A stretch of DNA of 63,805 nucleotides, counting the filler, from Octopus bimaculoides (Eukaryota): the NCBI RefSeq assembly GCF_001194135.2. It is 6 parts of 6 records of this genome, joined end to end, with 100 filler letters (N's around TTAATTAATTAA, not from the genome) between each part and the next. Parts side by side here need not be neighbours in the genome. Positions count along the whole stretch, not along the records: positions 45,539 to 56,472 come from NC_068997.1; positions 56,573 to 60,461 come from NW_026416882.1; positions 60,562 to 63,805 come from NW_026434879.1; 3 more parts are not named here. One strand, written 5' to 3'. The position numbers and the translations under genes were made by a program. Below the pieces are notes generated by a model. It ran no database searches. It was not told the DNA's origin and saw nothing but the letters and a program-made list of their open reading frames with translations. Below, one piece after another: positions 49,915 to 61,689 of this stretch (its first letter is position 1; the number at the start of each line of letters is the position of its first letter).

Positions 49915-50409
49915 CTGCAAGAGAAGGTAAAACAGAAAATAAAAAAATCAAGAATTCTATAGAATTTTCAAATTATTCTCTTAAAACAATAACACACACA
50001 CGTACACACACGACACACACAACATTCTCCATGAAACTCACTCTGTGTGTGCTACTGCCAATCACCAATCCAGAATCATTAACCCTTACACTCCTCCTTC
50101 TTTAATTCTCAAAATGTTTGAGCCCAAGTGTTTCGCAGGTTCGGTAAAGAAGAGCTCAAAAAAAAAAAAAAGAAAAGAAAAATTATGTTCCAGGGGACAT
50201 AAATAAAATTACTTTCGCATTTGTAAATTACTTTTAAGAGTTATCTCCCTTGAACATTTTTTATGTTCTTAATCTCAATAACTATTTGCATGTACAGTGG
50301 TATACTATGAAGGCTCAGGTTTTAAGGTTCAAATCTCAAAAGATTTTACTTTGCACCCCTCTCTCATTTTCTTCTTCAGTAAGAGATCGATAAAATACAT
50401 TCAGTTAGG

Positions 50410-50512
50410 CACAAGCGTGGCTATGTGGTAAGAACCTTGCTTTCTAACCACGTGGTCATGGGTTCAGTTCCACTACGTGGCATTTTGGTAGACGGAAACG
50501 GAAAGGAGCCCG

Positions 50513-50546
<34 letters not shown>

Positions 50547-50760
50547 GTGTGTGTGTGTTATTTCTTTACTGCTCACAAGAGGCTACACACAGAGGGGACA
50601 AACAAGAACAGACAAACGGATTAAGTCGATTATATCGACCCCGAAAGGATGAAAGGCAAAGTCGACCTCGGCGGAATTTGAACTCAGAACGTAGCGGCAG
50701 ACGAAATACCGCTATGCATTTCGCCCGGTGTGCTAACGTTTCTGCCAGCTCGCCACCGTG
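50410..50760. mobile_element. SINE family B head (50410-50520, +) and SINE family A (50575-50760, -)
   Basis: Family consensus segments as at 42454 and 52000. Confidence 0.8.
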
Positions 50761-51180
50761 TGTNNNNNNNNNNNNNNNNNNNNNNNNNNNNNNNNNNNNN
50801 NNNNNNNNNNNNNNNNNNNNNNNNNNNNNNNNNNNNNNNNNNNNNNNNNNNNNNNNNNNNNNNNNNNNNNNNNNNNNNNNNNNNNNNNNNNNNNNNNNNN
50901 NNNNNNNNNNNNNNNNNNNNNNNNNNNNNNNNNNNNNNNNNNNNNNNNNNNNNNNNNNNNNNNNNNNNNNNNNNNNNNNNNNNNNNNNNNNNNNNNNNNN
51001 NNNNNNNNNNNNNNNNNNNNNNNNNNNNNNNNNNNNNNNNNNNNNNNNNNNNNNNNNNNNNNNNNNNNNNNNNNNNNNNNNATATTTTGTCCACGGATAA
51101 ACAAACAAACAAACAAACACGACTGAAAACAACACCTCCGCTAAGGCGGCGGTAATAATAATAATAATAATAATAATAAA

Positions 51181-51739
51181 TGCCCGGATGCAGTACCGGG
51201 CAGTGGCTCTCATGGCTTTTGATCGTAATTGATCGGAAGTGTTATCATGTACAATGTTTTGTCTTGGTATAAAAGATGGGCTACAGCAAATATTCTGCTC
51301 AATACCACAGATTTGCTTGTCAGTTGTTTGACCTTAACCAGTTGAGCATGTCCCTTGGTGGCTGACGATATGTGCATCTCTGATCATGAGCAGAAGTAGT
51401 GGGGGAGCATCATAGTCATGTGCTGAGAGGAATTCTTTGGGGTTTGAATAATTCACCTTTGGAAACATGGGTGTTTCGCTCAACATCCTTAAGCAAGCCT
51501 TATTCAGGGACCTTTTGAGCGGGATGGGCTACTCGATCTGAAGAAAATTCTAACTGGGCCCTACCTGCGAGGTCATGCGCTGTTTATCTTGATATGAGAT
51601 CACCATGTCGCGCACATATGGTTGTGATGCATGTGCCTGGTGTACCCTTATTAGACGGGTAGTCATGATGGGTATACTGGGCTTCGTATATTTGTACGTC
51701 AGTGTCATTTTGATGGCATGCACTGTTTTCTCACTCAAT
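51181..51739. mobile_element. ~560-bp non-coding interspersed element flanked by (AAT)n on both sides
   Basis: (taa)n at 51153-51180 and (aat)n at 51737-51756; homologous to 18352-18745. Confidence 0.8.
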
Positions 51740-51764
51740 AATAATAATAATAATAATCCTTTCT

Positions 51765-52190
51765 ACTATAGGAACAATACTATAGGGAGATAGTCGATTA
51801 CATAGACCCCAGTGCGCAACTGGTACTTTTTCATCAACCACGAAAGGATAAAAGGCAAAGTCGACCTCGGCGGAATTTGAACTCAGAAAGTAAGGACGGA
51901 CGAAATGCCATTAAACACATTTCCCAGCGTGCTAACGATTCTGCCGGCTCGAATAATAGCAACAACAACAAATATACTTTTCTCCTCTTGGCACAAGGCC
52001 CGAAATTTGGGAGGAGGAGGCCAGTCAATTAGATTGACCCTAGTACGCAGCTGGTACTTAATTTATCGACCCCGAAAGGATGAAAGGCAAAGTCGAGATC
52101 GGCGGAATTTGAACTCAGAACGTAAAGACAGACGAAATACCGCTAAGCATTTCGTCCGGCGTGCTAACGTTTCTGCCAGCTCGCCGCCTT
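51765..52190 (-). mobile_element. Two tandem SINE family A copies
   Basis: Both carry gaaaggat(g)aaaggcaaagtcga...gaatttgaactcagaa; the second ends gccagctcgccgcctt. Confidence 0.88.
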
Positions 52191-52540
52191 AACAACAACA
52201 AATATTTAAACAATTCAGTCTTAATCTTAAATTAATTATTTCAAGAAAATGAGGTTAGCAGAAACGGTAGAGCATCGGGGTGAACATTTCAACATTTGGT
52301 TTTATTCTTAAATACTTCTGTTTTAATTCCAGCTGGGGTGAGTCTGAGCTTAAATTCCTCAATCATCGATAAATATGTACCAAACATGTAGCGGTAGTCG
52401 AGGAAAAGATCGATAAAATCAATTATCCTACAGGTGAGAAATGTGATGAAATTAGAATTTCAAGAGATATTTGTTAACTAAAGATATTTGGTTCTTAACG
52501 ACATATTTTGAATGAAACTTCCAACAGACATATGACCTAC

Positions 52541-52711
52541 CATTTTTCCTTCTGTCGTTCTTGTATTTTCGCTGTCAGTATCTTCTAGAAATGTCTTTAT
52601 AACTCTGTGAAGAGTGAAGCGAGTGGTTTTATCTTTGGTATTACCAAAACTATCCAAGGACAGCGCCCAGGTCATCGCACCACCAAGCTGATAACGTTTT
52701 AAATAATCGAT
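52541..52711 (-). CDS. GH18 chitinase-family gene, last catalytic-domain exon
   Basis: ttgttttag|IDYLKRYQLGGAMTWALSLDSFGNTKDKTTRFTLHRVIKTFLEDTDSENTRTTEGKM|gtaggt; matches the GH18 LGGAMVWALDLDDF motif; 171 nt, phase 0-0. Confidence 0.93.
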
Positions 52712-53384
52712 CTAAAACAAATGAACAAAAAGAAATATTAGTCAAGAATGAATAGAGGCAAATTTACGGAGAAGGGACTTAGCCAAGTGGTTATTCTGTA
52801 GGACTGAAGAACATGAAGTTGTAGATTCGATTTCCAGACCTGGAGATCAGTTCACGTTATTCCAGTTCCATCGACTGAATTAAGTTGCTCCTATTACAGA
52901 CTATTAACCTAAGACCTGGGTTTAGCAATCTCGTAAACAATGGTCCCTTAATCTTGCAAATTGTCATTGGTCGTTAATAGACCCGGCACACTGGATGACG
53001 ACAGTTGATTACATCAACCCTGGTATCTGACTTGTGTTTAAAATAAATTCTTCAAGGCGAGTTTGAAAAGCCAACTAACTTGCGTGAAATATGAACCGAG
53101 GACATAAACCGATGTAACTAAATACATCAAAGCACTATTAACTTGATTAATACGAGTGTATGATCATGAGTTTACTGTTTGAAATTTGTAAATTCAACAT
53201 TTAGAAAGACATCGAAATAATTTCTAGACTATAATTTAATATGAATAATGTTAATCACTAAAGTGACACAGAGATTTATCAGCAGACATTAAATCTACCA
53301 ACAGACATTAAACCTACCAACAGACAATAAATTAAGCAGAAGAAATTGTATGCGCCATAATACCAAGTAAAATTGAGTTCTTAC

Positions 53385-53510
53385 CTTTAATCTGATGCTT
53401 TGTTCGTCGTCGTAGCCAACCCATTGTTTTTCATGCATGTTGTAGGCATAGGGAACCATCTGTTCCTTATCCCATTTTCTTTTCCAGCCATTGTCCAGAT
53501 ATTGCTTGAT
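53385..53510 (-). CDS. GH18 chitinase-family gene exon
   Basis: ttttctatag|IKQYLDNGWKRKWDKEQMVPYAYNMHEKQWVGYDDEQSIRLK|gtaaga; VPY...QWVGYDD motif; 126 nt, phase 0-0. Confidence 0.94.
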
Positions 53511-53809
53511 CTATAGAAAATGTAAAAGCCAGTCCATAATAAATGTGATTGTGGAAGGTGAGAATTTATGAAGCTAGGAATTAATATTAACTTTAATTTA
53601 AACTGATTATAATGTAACAGTGAAGACCTGAAGTAATAGCAATATGTAAAATCAACGACCAACGATAAATATTGAAGTGCAGCTGGCAGACAATAAATAA
53701 TGAAGTCAATTGGCAGGCGATAAAATCAATAACGATGTCATCTGGCAGACGATAAGGTTAATAATAAATATTTATGTATAATTGGTAAATGATAATTAAA
53801 TCATAGAAA

Positions 53810-54045
53810 AATTGGAAGACCAAAGACATCTACAGTCGAGAATTAAATCCATAAAGCTATGATATTTTGGACATACAATATGCTACGAGTCATTGCTGAA
53901 GATCATCTTGATAGGAAGTGTAAAAGAGAAGAAAGCCAGAGGTCATCAAAGATGCTTGTGGACTGACATCAAAGAATTGACTGGAAACAAGACTCTAACT
54001 GGTTAACGATATGACACAAGGAACTGGGGAGAAATCTCGTTCTTC
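53810..54045 (+). mobile_element. Decayed RTE-like 3' coding fragment in a chitinase intron
   Basis: YFGH...LLKIIL.G.VKEKKARG...W.DIKE.TG remnant. Confidence 0.55.
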
Positions 54046-55482
54046 TGTTTGTTTATGATAGAATAAGTAACCCGCTTTTGATATATAGGTTCCTTGGCAT
54101 ATTAGAGTTCCATAATATTATGGGAGCTCCATTGACACCTAGGGGTTCCACATATTGAGGTTGAAAATACCATGAATATCCATGTCGTTTTAGACTGAAA
54201 TAGTACTTTGGGATATTGTAATAAATTAAGGTGATACAGATACTGGCTTCGGGGGTCACAGGTAACTCTCAGTTTTACAATAATGTCTTATGATATACTT
54301 AGCACTGGTATGAGAAACTTTCAAAATGACTTGAGAATTAAATTAAGATAAAATGGTTTGTGAATGTAAGAATTGAATAAATAGGCAGAGGAGAAAAGAA
54401 AGGAAGAAACTGATGCACATCGCAAAGTAACATTTGTGACTTGAGCAACTGATCTTTAGACACCAAGTTTAAGAAATATTGCACAAAAGTAATAACTTCT
54501 CTTGAACAAGAGTGTGTGTATGTATATATTAGTGGATGAGAGAGTTAGAGGTAGACAGAGAAAGAAAGAAAGAAAGAAGAAGAGGAAGAAAGAAAATGGA
54601 AGAAAGAAAAAAAAGAAAGTGCTTGGGTCAGAAAAGGAAATAGCTTTGCAAATTTTATCAACGTGATTTAAGAAACGTGGTTGATGTATCGTTTCCATTC
54701 GCCGTATTAGTTCCGGCGATATAGCGTTTACAAAACTTACTCTCCCACGCTTGTATCCAAAATAAATACAATATTTGTAATTCTAAGTGAGCTCATGTAA
54801 CTTCAAAGAGGGAATTATGATTTCAAAAGGCAAATATGTCAAATTGACCTAAACTTCAGAGTCTCTCAACAGTTTGCGCGCGCGTGCGTGTGTTATGCCT
54901 CAGAACATTTTCGAAGTCAGGAAGTATATTTAAAAATTCGATAACGCATCCGTTCATGATGTGATCAAAGTTTCTATTTAAGATATTGGTAGTTATAGTT
55001 TAAAACGTCTCTTGGTGTGTTCGCCTTTGCTCATTCACAGACGAATACTACTCGCAGATATTTTACAGAAATTCCTTCAACACTGATTTTATTGAAAAAA
55101 AATTAAAACACATCGGCAGAGAAATATAGTTACAAAATTGTTAGGGTTAGGACAGTGATGTTGGTAGTTGCAGTGTTGTTGTTGTTGTTGGTGGTGGTAA
55201 TGTGGTGGTGGCGGTGGTGTGGCAGTGGTAGTAGTAGTAGTCGTAGTGGTGATAGTTGTAGTGATGTGTTGTAGTGGTGGTAGCGGTTGTATTGGTGATG
55301 GTGATAGTGGTTATATTGGTCGTAGTGATTATTGTAGTGGTGCCGTTGTTTGTAGCGTGTGCGGTGGTGATGTGGTAGTAGTGGTTGTAGAGCTGATGGT
55401 GATGGTTATGGTGTGAAGGTGTGACGATGTCGATGGTGATGGTGTTGATGGTAGTGGTTTGATATAAATTTGTGAGGATTTT

Positions 55483-55698
55483 AAGGCGGCGAGCTGGCAG
55501 AAACGTTAGCACGTCAGGCGAAATGCTTAGCGGTATTTCATCTGTCTTTGCGTTCTGCGTTCAAATTCTGCCGAGGTCGACTTTTCCTTTCATCCTTTCG
55601 GGGTCGATAAATTAAGTACCAGTTGCGTACTGGGGTCGATCTAATCGACTGCCCTCCTCCCCAAAAATTTCGGGCCTTGTACCTATAGTAGAAAAAAA
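55483..55698 (+). mobile_element. Full-length SINE family A
   Basis: aaggcggcgagctggcagaaacgttag (A box) ... gcgttcaaattc (B box) ... cctttcatcctttcggggtcgataaa ... tagtagaaaaa. Confidence 0.9.
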
Positions 55699-56036
55699 TA
55701 ATAAAAATTTGTGAGGATTTCTAGCAAACTATTTCTAGCAAACCAAGAAACCACGTTATGATCGTTGGGCCTTCGCAGTATAATAGTCAGATTTTACCTA
55801 GCAAATTTATTACTGTATTTTATAATCTAGAAAACACAGTTATGTGTTGGAACTTTTATGCAGTCGCTCGACTAATAGAAGTGGCTTGACTCCAACGATA
55901 AATCACCAACCGAATATTCTACTAAATGAAATGTAATTCCTCATTCTCAATTCCACCCCTTAAAATTTCATGCTTACCCGTTTACCGTACGTGCGTGTTT
56001 GTTTAGTTTGAGGTGTAGAAATATTATAGTACTTAC

Positions 56037-56219
56037 TTCAGAAAATGCAAGAATACCCTTTTCTTTTGTGAAAGTTCCTGGTTTTGATTTTCCACAGTTT
56101 GGGGAACCTGGTGTAATTTGGTTGGTACAAAATGTAAACCCACGTCCATACATCGGAATTCCCAGGATTAATTTCTGTGGCGATGCTCCGAGTTCAATCC
56201 ATCTTTTAACAACCCAACT
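56037..56219 (-). CDS. GH18 chitinase-family gene exon (start of chitinase insertion domain)
   Basis: tttgtttag|SWVVKRWIELGASPQKLILGIPMYGRGFTFCTNQITPGSPNCGKSKPGTFTKEKGILAFSE|gtaagt; KL.LG.P.YGR.F motif; 183 nt, phase 0-0. Confidence 0.94.
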
Positions 56220-56237
56220 CTAAACAAACAAAAAAAT

Positions 56238-56454
56238 GCGGAGTTTCGTTCAATACTGATGCAGAATTGAGAGCTTGGGTGGATCAATTTTTCGAGTCGA
56301 AATCGGGTGATTTCTACCAACGAGGTATTAAAAATCTTGTTAAACGTTGGGAAGAAGTTGTAAGCAACAAGGGTGAATACATTATTGATTAATTAGTTGT
56401 TATTTTTTTTAAATTTTAATTTAAAAAATGGCGGGAACTTAGTTGCCAACCCAA
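56238..56454 (+). mobile_element. 3' end with TIR of the same mariner family as 952-2218
   Basis: Colinear with 2025-2200; ends ggcgggaacttagttgccaacccaa followed by TA. Confidence 0.93.
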
Positions 56455-56947
56455 TATATATATATATATATANNNNNNNNNNNNNNNNNNNNNNNNNNNN
56501 NNNNNNNNNNNNNNNNTTAATTAATTAANNNNNNNNNNNNNNNNNNNNNNNNNNNNNNNNNNNNNNNNNNNNATATAATATATATAATATACTATATATA
56601 TATCCTATAATGCTTAAGTATTATATATATATGCACGCTGGTGCCAATGTGTTTGTCCTCTACCATCGTTTGACAACCAGGGTGGTATTTTATACGTGTC
56701 ATTCAATAGTCAAGCGGTTTGGCGGGGTGCATTTCTTTAACTAAAGAATGTGACTCCTTCAAGGCGGTGCTCTAGCATGGCCGCAGTCCAGTGACTAAAA
56801 CAAGTAATAGATAGGAAAATGAAGAAACGCTCTAAAGATATGTCCATGGAATATGGGAGTTCGATCGTTTCAAATGTTCGTTGGACTCCAATATTGTGTT
56901 TCATCGATACAATATCGATGACGTTAGAGTGATTACTTATTAAAGAA

Positions 56948-56988
<41 letters not shown>

Positions 56989-57313
56989 TACACACAGAGT
57001 CACACATACAAACACACACATATACTTCGTTTACGTATTTGGTTTGTTAAGGTTCTTGATGTGAATGTGATGTGATGATGACGACGATGATGATGGTGAC
57101 GGTGATGATGACGATGGTGATGACACTGTTGGCGATGATAATGATGACAATGATGATGATGATCGTAATGATGATGATGATGGTGATGACGATCATCTTA
57201 TTATTTGTCATCCCTAATTATTGGTCTTTGTATGTTTGCCAAACCGTGCGGCGTGGGCGGTGGTGGCGATTTTGACATGTGTGTATATATACGTGTGTAT
57301 GCACACACACACC

Positions 57314-57352
<39 letters not shown>

Positions 57353-58413
57353 GTATGTACATATATCTATAAGCATACGCACACACACACACACACACCT
57401 ATATATATGTGTGTTTGTGTGTGTGTGTATGTGTGTGTGTGTGTATTTGTCGTTTCATTATATGTGTTTGTTTATGCATTTCGCCTTAGCGTGTACGTAA
57501 GAATGCCTAGATGTTGGTGGTGGTCGTGGTGTGATTGGTGTTGCTGTTATTGTTGGTGGTGACGGTGGTATTTGCGGTGGTGTCTGGAGATGAGGATGAT
57601 GTAAGGGTGTGTGCGGCGGTGATGGCACCGGTGGCGCTGGTGTCTCTGTCTCTTACTCTCCATCTCTCACTCTCCGTCTCTCTCTCTCTCTGTCTCTATA
57701 TCTCTTCCCATCTCTGTTGTACTCTTTCTCTCTCTCTCTCTGTCGATTTTACGTTGTCAGCGTTGGTGCTGTCTTCTGCTGGTGGGGGTAGTTTTACCTG
57801 TCAACGGTGACGCTGGGAGTGAAAGTGAAAGTAAAGTCGCGGTGGTATTGTTGTANNNNNNNNNNNNNNNNNNNNNNNNNNNNNNNNNNNNNNNNNNNNN
57901 NNNNNNNNNNNNNNNNNNNNNNNNNNNNNNNNNNNNNNNNNNNNNNNNNNNNNNNNNNNNNNNNNNNNNNNNNNNNNNNNNNNNNNNNNNNNNNNNNNNN
58001 NNNNNNNNNNNNNNNNNNNNNNNNNNNNNNNNNNNNNNNNNNNNNNNNNNNNNNNNNNNNNNNNNNNNNNNNNNNNNNNNNNNNNNNNNNNNNNNNNNNN
58101 NNNNNNNNNNNNNNNNNNNNNNNNNNNNNNNNNNNNNNNNNNNNNNNNNNNNNNNNNNNNNNNNNNNNNNNNNNNNNNNNNNNNNNNNNNNNNNNNNNNN
58201 NNNNNNNNNNNNNNNNNNNNNNNNNNNNNNNNNNNNNNNNNNNNNNNNNNNNNNNNNNNNNNNNNNNNNNNNNNNNNNNNNNNNNNNNNNNNNNNNNNNN
58301 NNNNNNNNNNNNNNNNNNNCACGCACACACACACACACACACAATCATCAACCTACTCCAAAGTCGTGTGGAACCATGTAATGACAAACCTATGGCTATG
58401 ACAATATATATCT

Positions 58414-58482
<69 letters not shown>

Positions 58483-58488
58483 CACATA

Positions 58489-59180
58489 CCCAGGTTGCGA
58501 TGGGTAAATTGTCGCCATTTTACCATTTTAATTTCGCGCATGCGCATTGTTTGTTTTTGATTTTGTGGACTATACAGTATAGTAGGGTCAGTTGGACACC
58601 ATCCGAGAGAAAAACCGCGCTATGACGCAGTTCACTCTGCCAGAAATTTGGAAACGACATCTTGCCCTGCTTGGTATTCGCGCCGGAAGCTCCAATATGA
58701 ATCATTCAGAGCGTTCGGGTTTCAATCTGAAGACACGTACCAAAAGTGATAAAAATCAAACATCCAGTCAACATCATGGTGTTTGGAGAGTTCACTAGTG
58801 ACGGCGAAATTATGTCTCCATTCATCTTCCAATATGGCCTCGGAGTCAACATGGAGGTCTACACTAAGTGCCTGGAGGAAGTAGTGCTGCTCTGGGTCAA
58901 GAGGGTGGCTGCGGGAAAACCCTAAGTATGGCAACAAGACCCTGCACCATGCAACACAAGCAGGAGAACCCAGTCATGGCTGTCAGACAAATTCTGCGAC
59001 CACAAAACCCCTAACGTCTGGCCACCTAACTCCCCACATTGGAACTCCCTTGTTTATTATATGTAGGGCCCAATTGAGCGAGAGACTAACAAAACACCTT
59101 GTAACACTGAAAATGAAATGGAGGCAAGGATTATGGCAGCATTCACCAACTTAAACAAGGAGACCACCCAGAAAAGTTGC
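58489..59180 (+). mobile_element. Internally deleted DD37D (maT-like) Tc1/mariner element
   Basis: Terminal segment gggtaaattgtcgcc...; KHPVNIMVFG, YTKCLEEVV, WQQDPAPC, VWPPNSP...L.YY, ARIMAAFTNLNKE. The 3' end is in a gap. Confidence 0.82.
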
Positions 59181-60106
59181 NNNNNNNNNNNNNNNNNNNN
59201 NNNNNNNNNNNNNNNNNNNNNNNNNNNNNNNNNNNNNNNNNNNNNNNNNNNNNNNNNNNNNNNNNNNNNNNNNNNNNNNNNNNNNNNNNNNNNNNNNNNN
59301 NNNNNNNNNNNNNNNNNNNNNNNNNNNNNNNNNNNNNNNNNNNNNNNNNNNNNNNNNNNNNNNNNNNNNNNNNNNNNNNNNNNNNNNNNNNNNNNNNNNN
59401 NNNNNNNNNNNNNNNNNNNNNNNNNNNNNNNNNNNNNNNNNNNNNNNNNNNNNNNNNNNNNNNNNNNNNNNNNNNNNNNNNNNNNNNNNNNNNNNNNNNN
59501 NNNNNNNNNNNNNNNNNNNNNNNNNNNNNNNNNNNNNNNNNNNNNNNNNNNNNNNNNNNNNNNNNNNNNNNNNNNNNNNNNNNNNNNNNNNNNNNNNNNN
59601 NNNNNNNNNNNNNNNNNNNNNNNNNNNNNNNNNNNNNNNNNNNNNNNNNNNNNNNNNNNNNNNNNNNNNNNNNNNNNNNNNNNNNNNNNNNNNNNNNNNN
59701 NNNNNNNNNNNNNNNNNNNNNNNNNNNNNNNNNNNNNNNNNNNNNNNNNNNNNNNNNNNNNNNNNNNNNNNNNNNNNNNNNNNNNNNNNNNNNNNNNNNN
59801 NNNNNNNNNNNNNNNNNNNNNNNNNNNNNNNNNNNNNNNNNNNNNNNNNNNNNNNNNNNNNNNNNNNNNNNNNNNNNNNNNNNNNNNNNNNNNNNNNNNN
59901 NNNNNNNNNNNNNNNNNNNNNNNNNNNNNNNNNNNNNNNNNNNNNNNNNNNNNNNNNNNNNNNNNNNNNNNNNNNNNNNNNNNNNNNNNNNNTATATATA
60001 TGTAAATACATATAAAGATATATGAAGATATATATATAATATATATCTTATATGTATATATATTCGTACAGTGATACACACAATATACACACACATAAAC
60101 AAGCCA

Positions 60107-60140
<34 letters not shown>

Positions 60141-60335
60141 TCACAAACACATACAGAATTACGAAGACAAACATATGCACACACGCAAATGCACACATAC
60201 ATACTGACCATTATACTCCGCCACATACACAGGAACACACAAGATCTCAAAACTCGTTCTTCTCTCGCTCTTTCTTGCTACATACACACACACACGCACA
60301 CACACGTATTCAGATGAGTTTAGAACTTGCCCTAT

Positions 60336-60373
<38 letters not shown>

Positions 60374-60864
60374 AACACACACATACACGCACACACACAC
60401 ATACATACATACATTCACACATAAAGACCAAATCGTAAAAACACAATCTTCGCCCTCCTCTNNNNNNNNNNNNNNNNNNNNNNNNNNNNNNNNNNNNNNN
60501 NNNNNTTAATTAATTAANNNNNNNNNNNNNNNNNNNNNNNNNNNNNNNNNNNNNNNNNNNNACTTACAAAGGTAGAAATTGCAGATTTTGGTGAAATGTT
60601 TTTGTTTCACATAGATAAGTAAATAAATGGAGTTAAACGCAGGTGTTATTCAAATCTTTATACTCCCGACATACGTTTCGAAGGAAACATTGGTATTATT
60701 CCAGAAGGAATACAATGATGTAAAACAATGCAATCTTCTCATCAGGGAAAAGAAGAAAACAAAACGCGTCAATAAGATATTTCAACCGAATGTGATTACT
60801 GCATATATGATGTAGGGAACGCTGGTAAGTTATTTTTTTTAAACCGTTAACAGATATAACGTTA

Positions 60865-61524
60865 GTCCTACACGGGACAGTGCTACTGACGTTTATAGCC
60901 CCAGGAAGACATTTCTTCCGGCTGAATAACGACACACATTCTGTATCCGATTAGTATTTGCGAGGGGAGGTCATCGCACCCATCCCTAGCCTTACGTGAC
61001 ACACACGGACTCGGGTTTATGAGTGGTTACTGTCCTCAACGTGTGCTAATCACCACCTAATGATGAAAACTCACCCCACTCGCAAAATACTATATGCTTT
61101 TTCCAGCGACGAACCGTCGCTGATCTAAAAAAAAACAAAAAAAAAGACATGTGAAATAATCTATATTAAATCCCTGAGAAAAATGTACACTGTAGCAATA
61201 CGGAATTGTAACATATAATTGCCAATCAAGTGTGGCGTCCCATACGGGACAGTGCTACTGACGTTTATAGCCCCAGGACGATATCTCTGCCAGCTGACTA
61301 ACGACACACATTCGGGATGGGATGGGAGAGATGACCCCCCCTTGCAAATACTAATCGGATACAGAATGTGCGTCGTTAGCCAGATGGAAGAAATGTCTTC
61401 CTGGGGCTATAAGCGTCAGTAGCACTGTCCCGTGTAGGACAGCACACTTGGCTGGCAGTTATATGTTACGATTCCGAATAGCTACTGTTTACATGTTGCA
61501 CAGCGATTTAATATAGCTTATTTC
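60865..61524. repeat. Three copies of an unclassified repeat forming direct and foldback arrangements
   Basis: Core gtcctacacgggacagtgctactgacg at 60865 (+), ~61237 (+) and ending 61440 (-). Arms 61153-61313 and 61364-61524 are inverted. Confidence 0.88.
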
Positions 61525-61689
61525 TCCTTTTTTTGAGATCTGCGATTATTCTGTTTAAAAGTTATTTTTTGTGAAAGACAATTTTTGCTAAAAATATTCT
61601 TTGTCAATTTTTAAAAATATTTTTTGAATAATTGTGCGTCCTGTTTAGGGAATTTTTGCATTTAATATGGAATTTGACTTAGAATGAAT

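Noticed and set aside
53387-53662. ORF-track protein MVVDFTYC...
   Set aside because: Wrong frame; the real coding sequence is the 126-nt chitinase exon 53385-53510.
53282-53770. Short tandem motifs (cagacattaaa.ctaccaa x2-3; tggcagacgataa-like x3) flanking a chitinase exon
   Set aside because: Low copy number and degenerate; no evidence of function. They are not CRISPR-like (no constant repeat with unique spacers, and a eukaryotic context).
55147-55512. Thr/His-rich ORF, with similar ORFs at 57072-57275, 20228-20635 and 8467-8778
   Set aside because: Degenerate trinucleotide microsatellites with no splice or homology support.
57757-60424. Long ORFs in the track made of X, IY, CV or TH runs
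   Set aside because: They are translations of N gaps and (TA)n/(CA)n microsatellites.
61153-61210. Seven of ten arm mismatches fall on every third base, hinting at codon-like divergence
   Set aside because: Small numbers; candidate frames are closed by stops and give no recognisable peptide.
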